Source: an uncultured delta proteobacterium
Lineage (GTDB): Bacteria > Desulfobacterota > Desulfobacteria > Desulfobacterales > UBA2156
Length of the DNA stretch: 64,000 nucleotides
Assembly: GCA_963736855.1 (NCBI GenBank)
Contig: CAVTQK010000017.1
Span: 32,885-96,884, forward strand
Reading direction: 5' to 3'
Part shown: in pieces, positions 60,451-64,000 of the stretch
Layout of the letters: each line of letters begins with the position of its first letter
How positions within the stretch are numbered: position 1 is the first letter of the stretch
The notes under the pieces: model-generated
What the model was told of the DNA's origin: nothing
The model's input: the letters and a program-made list of their open reading frames with translations, nothing else
The model's database searches: none
Program-made: the position numbers and the translations under genes

Positions 60451-61030
60451 TCATGAAACCGCCCAAACCTCTGACAGCACTTCCGCCTGTTCAAGCACGG
60501 TCCGAGTCGCTTTTTCCTGTTTATCCGGCGGATAGCCGAATTTGCGCAGGATGCGCTTCACAATTACGCGAAGCTGGGCTCGCACATTCTCCCGCAGGGT
60601 CCAATCGATACTCGCATTGGGTCGAACCGAAGCGACGAGTTCGCGAGCGATGGTTCGCAGCGTTTCATCCCCCAGGACCTTTACGGCGCTGTCGTTGGTT
60701 TCCAGGGCATCATAAAAAGCCAATTCATCCTCATTCAGCTTCAGATCTTGCCCCCGTTGGTCTGCCTGTCGCATTTGTTTGGCAAGTGCGATCAATTCCT
60801 CAATCACCTGGGCGGCTTCAATGGCGCGGTTTTGATAGCGGCGAATGGAGCGTTCCAGCATCTCGGTAAAGGAACGCGACTGCACCACATTTTTGCGCCG
60901 GCGGGTCTGGATTTCACCGGTAAGGAGTTTGCGCAATAGTTCCACAGCCAGGTTTTTATGGGGCATCCCTTTCATTTCGGCTAAAAACTCATCCGAAAGT
61001 ATGGAAATGTCGGGTTTCTTCAGCCCGGCC
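60451..61030 (-). pseudogene. hsdR: C-terminal fragment of a type I HsdR (DUF3387 region)
   Basis: [32 protein letters not shown]...[11 protein letters not shown]...YPPD; the N-terminal bulk is absent. Confidence 0.85.
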
Positions 61031-61380
61031 GCGGGACAGCAGCTTGCCGTGAATTTCCCGGATCAACCGATTGGAAAGGGGAAAATCCTCCATGAGTCTT
61101 TTGAGCCCATGGTCGAGGGCGGCGAAGTAGATTGGAAACTTCCACCACATCGTCAAAGGGGACGCCGGGGGCTTCATCGAGTTCGAAAAGGAGCAGATCG
61201 GAAAGCGAGGACTGGGTGCCTTCGATCTGGCTGGAGAGCACGGCCTCACGGCGAACATAAGCATACAGGAAGAGGTCCGGGTCAGGGAAGGAGGGTCGTG
61301 ATGGCGTCGAGCCGGCCGAGCGCCAGGTGCGCCCTCTCCAGTGCGCGATGCCTGGGACCGAGTTCCAGCGGAGGCATAAG
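61030..61380 (-). pseudogene. internal fragment of a Fic-family gene
   Basis: [35 protein letters not shown] and [10 protein letters not shown]; truncated at both ends and frame-broken. Confidence 0.75.
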
Positions 61381-61642
61381 GCAGATACCTTCGTCCGCCG
61401 CGTCCTTGATTTTTTGAGGTCACAAATTGTGATCTCAAAACATCGAATTCTTCCCGGGTAAGCTGAAGCATGAAGTCGTCGGGAAAACGGGCGATGTTGC
61501 GTTTGACTGCCTGGACAAGGACACGCGTCTTAACTCCGTAAAGATCGGCCAGGTCCGCGTCGAGGATCACCTTATTTTCACGGAGATATAAGATTCGGGA
61601 TTCAATACGCGTCATGGGGACAATATCCCGGTCACTTGCCAT
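61380..61642 (-). pseudogene. ORF6N-domain protein, 3'-truncated
   Basis: [38 protein letters not shown]...GGRRYLPYA, then an abrupt switch to Fic sequence. Confidence 0.8.
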
Positions 61643-63188
61643 ATCCCAATTCCTTCATGTTCTTCCATATCGCCCCATCCAATTCCCTCGCGGTTGCCTG
61701 CTGCTCTCGCAGTTGCTTCACGAGCCGCTTCATCTTTTCGTCAAACGGTTCTCCATCGTCTTCCTGGGCTTCGGCGCCCACGTAGCGGCCGGGTGTCAGC
61801 ACATGGCCGTGCTTGCGGATTTCATCGAGGGTCGCGCTCTTGCAGAAACCGGGAACATCCTTGTACTCGCCTGCCGCCTTCTCGCCGCGCCAGGCGTGGT
61901 AGGTGTTCGCGATACGGGTGATGTCCTCGTCGGTCAGTTCCCGATGAGTACGATCCACCATGCGGCCGAGCTTGCGTGTGTCGATGAAAAGCACATGTCT
62001 CCTGCGGTCCCGAAAGCGGGCGTTTTTCTTGTCGCGCGCCAGAAACCAAAGGCATGCAGGAATCTGGGTCGAATAAAAGAGCTGACCCGGGAGAGCAATC
62101 ATGCAATCCACAAGGTCGGCTTCGATCATGTTTTTGCGGATCTCGCCTTCACCGGATTGATTGGAGGACATGGAACCGTTGGCCAGGACAAAACCGGCGA
62201 GCCCTGTCGGCGCCAGGTGATGAATCATGTGCTGGACCCATGCAAAGTTGGCGTTGCCCACCGGAGGCACGCCATATTTCCAGCGCTTGTCCTCCCGCAG
62301 GCGGTCCCCGCCCCAGTCGCTGACATTAAAAGGTGGATTGGCCAGGATATAGTCGGCCTTGAGGTCGGGAAAGCGGTCGTTGTGGAAGGTGTCGCCGTGG
62401 GCGATCTGCCCCTCAATCCCCCGAAGCGCCAGGTTCATCTTTGCCAGCCGCCATGTTGTATAATTGGACTCCTGCCCGTAGATGGCGATGTCCCCGATGC
62501 GCCCTCCGTGGGCTTTGATAAAGGCCTCCGACTGAACGAACATTCCTGATGAGCCGCAGCACGGGTCATAAATCCTTCCCTTAAAGGGTTCGAGCATCTC
62601 CACCAGGAGCCTGACCACACATCGGGGAGTGTAGAATTCTCCGCCTTTCTTGCCTTCGGCACTGGCAAACTGGGAAAGGAAGTATTCATAAACCCGACCG
62701 AGCACATCTTTGGCACGGCTATCCGCATCCCCGACCCGGATGTTGGTAACGAGGTCGATGAGTTGGCCCAGGCGGGTTTTATCCAATGCAGGACGCGCAT
62801 AATCCTTTGGGAGCACACCCTTGAGGGATGGATTGTCCCGTTCGACGGCGTCCATGGCATCATCGACCCTCTTGCCTATATTGGGCTGCCTGGCATTTGC
62901 TTTGAGATTCGACCAGCGGGATTCCTTGGGCACCCAGAAAATGTTGACGGCGCGATACTCGTCCGGATCTTCGGGGTCAGCCCCCTTGTCCTTTTCGGCG
63001 GTCAGCCTGGCGTGCTGTTCTTCAAAGGCATCGGTAATGTATTTCAGGAAAATGAGTCCAAGGACGACATGCTTGTATTCGGCGGCATCCATGCTGCCTC
63101 GCAGCGCATCAGCCATCTGCCAGAGTTGGGCCTCATAACCGATGTTGGCACCGTTGTTTTTGTAGGTAATTTTATTCTGTCGTGCCAT
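61632..63188 (-). CDS. hsdM: type I R-M methyltransferase (second locus, intact)
   Basis: [27 protein letters not shown] and ANPPFN. Confidence 0.95.
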   Translation of the reverse strand: MARQNKITYKNNGANIGYEAQLWQMADALRGSMDAAEYKHVVLGLIFLKYITDAFEEQHARLTAEKDKGADPEDPDEYRAVNIFWVPKESRWSNLKANARQPNIGKRVDDAMDAVERDNPSLKGVLPKDYARPALDKTRLGQLIDLVTNIRVGDADSRAKDVLGRVYEYFLSQFASAEGKKGGEFYTPRCVVRLLVEMLEPFKGRIYDPCCGSSGMFVQSEAFIKAHGGRIGDIAIYGQESNYTTWRLAKMNLALRGIEGQIAHGDTFHNDRFPDLKADYILANPPFNVSDWGGDRLREDKRWKYGVPPVGNANFAWVQHMIHHLAPTGLAGFVLANGSMSSNQSGEGEIRKNMIEADLVDCMIALPGQLFYSTQIPACLWFLARDKKNARFRDRRRHVLFIDTRKLGRMVDRTHRELTDEDITRIANTYHAWRGEKAAGEYKDVPGFCKSATLDEIRKHGHVLTPGRYVGAEAQEDDGEPFDEKMKRLVKQLREQQATARELDGAIWKNMKELGYGK

Positions 63189-63519
63189 TAGCTTCCTTTC
63201 ACAGAAATAGGTGAGAAAGCATCGTGAACGAAATCATTCAACAGTGCCCGCGTTTAGAAGTGATTTCAAGGCGACAGAGATGTCTAGCAGAAAACGAAAC
63301 CTGGTGCTCATATTCTGAACCGGTCAGATTCAATACCAATTTTCACATTGAAATTGCAAGGAAAAATGTCATAATAAAGGCATACAATACGGTTTTCATT
63401 TTGTTTCAAACTATTGTGGGAAAAGCGACCCGTTGAGAAAATTGAGAGATATAGGAAAAAAGGGGCAGAGGGATGAGATTGTCTCAATCGGAGCAATGGT
63501 CATAGAAAAGGAGAATGAA

Positions 63520-64000
63520 ATGTCGAAAAATAAAAGCCAAGGATTAATTTGGGATAGATTAAAAACGTATTACAATGAAAAGGGCATTTCTGCTCGGGAA
63601 TTTAAGTGCGATTGCTACAGAAGATTGTCTGAAAAAGTTGCCATGACAAAGAGGAATTCATTGAAGCCAGAGAACCTTATATTGGTAAAAATTATGAGAA
63701 TGCATCAGTTCCACGGCTTTTGTTTATGTCCCTGGACCCCGGTGACCCTGGTGATGCTGAGAAAGATGACTGGGAAAAAAGAACGATGGAGTTTTTAAGG
63801 GAAAACACATCATACATTAGAAAATATAGATAAGCGTAAAAATGGATCATTGGTATAGAACCCATCAGTTTGCATGGATAGTTTTCGATGAATTGAATAA
63901 TCAACTCGGGTTAGGTCTAAATATTGGACATCGGAACGGTTAATGAGAAAATGTTTTAATGGGGAGAAAAGCGTTTAAATCGGATGAAGATTTAAGGAAA
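63520..64000 (+). CDS. AT-rich hypothetical gene, multiply frame-broken, runs off the window
   Basis: RBS GGAG then MSKNKSQGLIWDRLK...; coding-like pieces in other frames (EPYIGKNY..PRLLFMSLDPG; HWYRTHQFAW). Confidence 0.4.

Overview
64-kb window from an anaerobic Desulfobacterota-like (deltaproteobacterial) genome; the taxonomy is inferred from gene content. About 20 genes are split by single-base indels, often in homopolymers, so this is probably an error-prone long-read assembly and most frameshifts are not taken as biology. Core parts: TPP-riboswitch-led ThiXYZ-type transporter with thiD; prfB (programmed +1 frameshift), lnt, amidase; tig-clpP-clpX-lon; four tRNAs; MATE; TetR plus MacAB/TolC-type efflux; ampG; P-type ATPase; class II benzoyl-CoA reductase bamBCDEF with two UGA-Sec codons; fdhD; csp; RRM protein; NMO-family oxidoreductase; FMN glutamate-synthase-family gene behind an ANTAR-type leader. 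An accessory region (14.6-28.1 kb) hangs on tRNA-Asp. It holds two tRNA-Asp-derived copies whose anticodon arm is replaced by the same TCCCGCC-N5-GGCGGGA hairpin, one of them fused to a small GIY-YIG nuclease gene (best candidate for an undescribed system). It also holds a TA-only mini-island, three attC-like sites without intI, a tyrosine-recombinase plus IS91-like element whose terminus is fused to attC R'' boxes twice, and a type I R-M locus. A second type I R-M locus, collapsed by deletions, lies at 60.4-63.2 kb. No rRNA or CRISPR array was seen.
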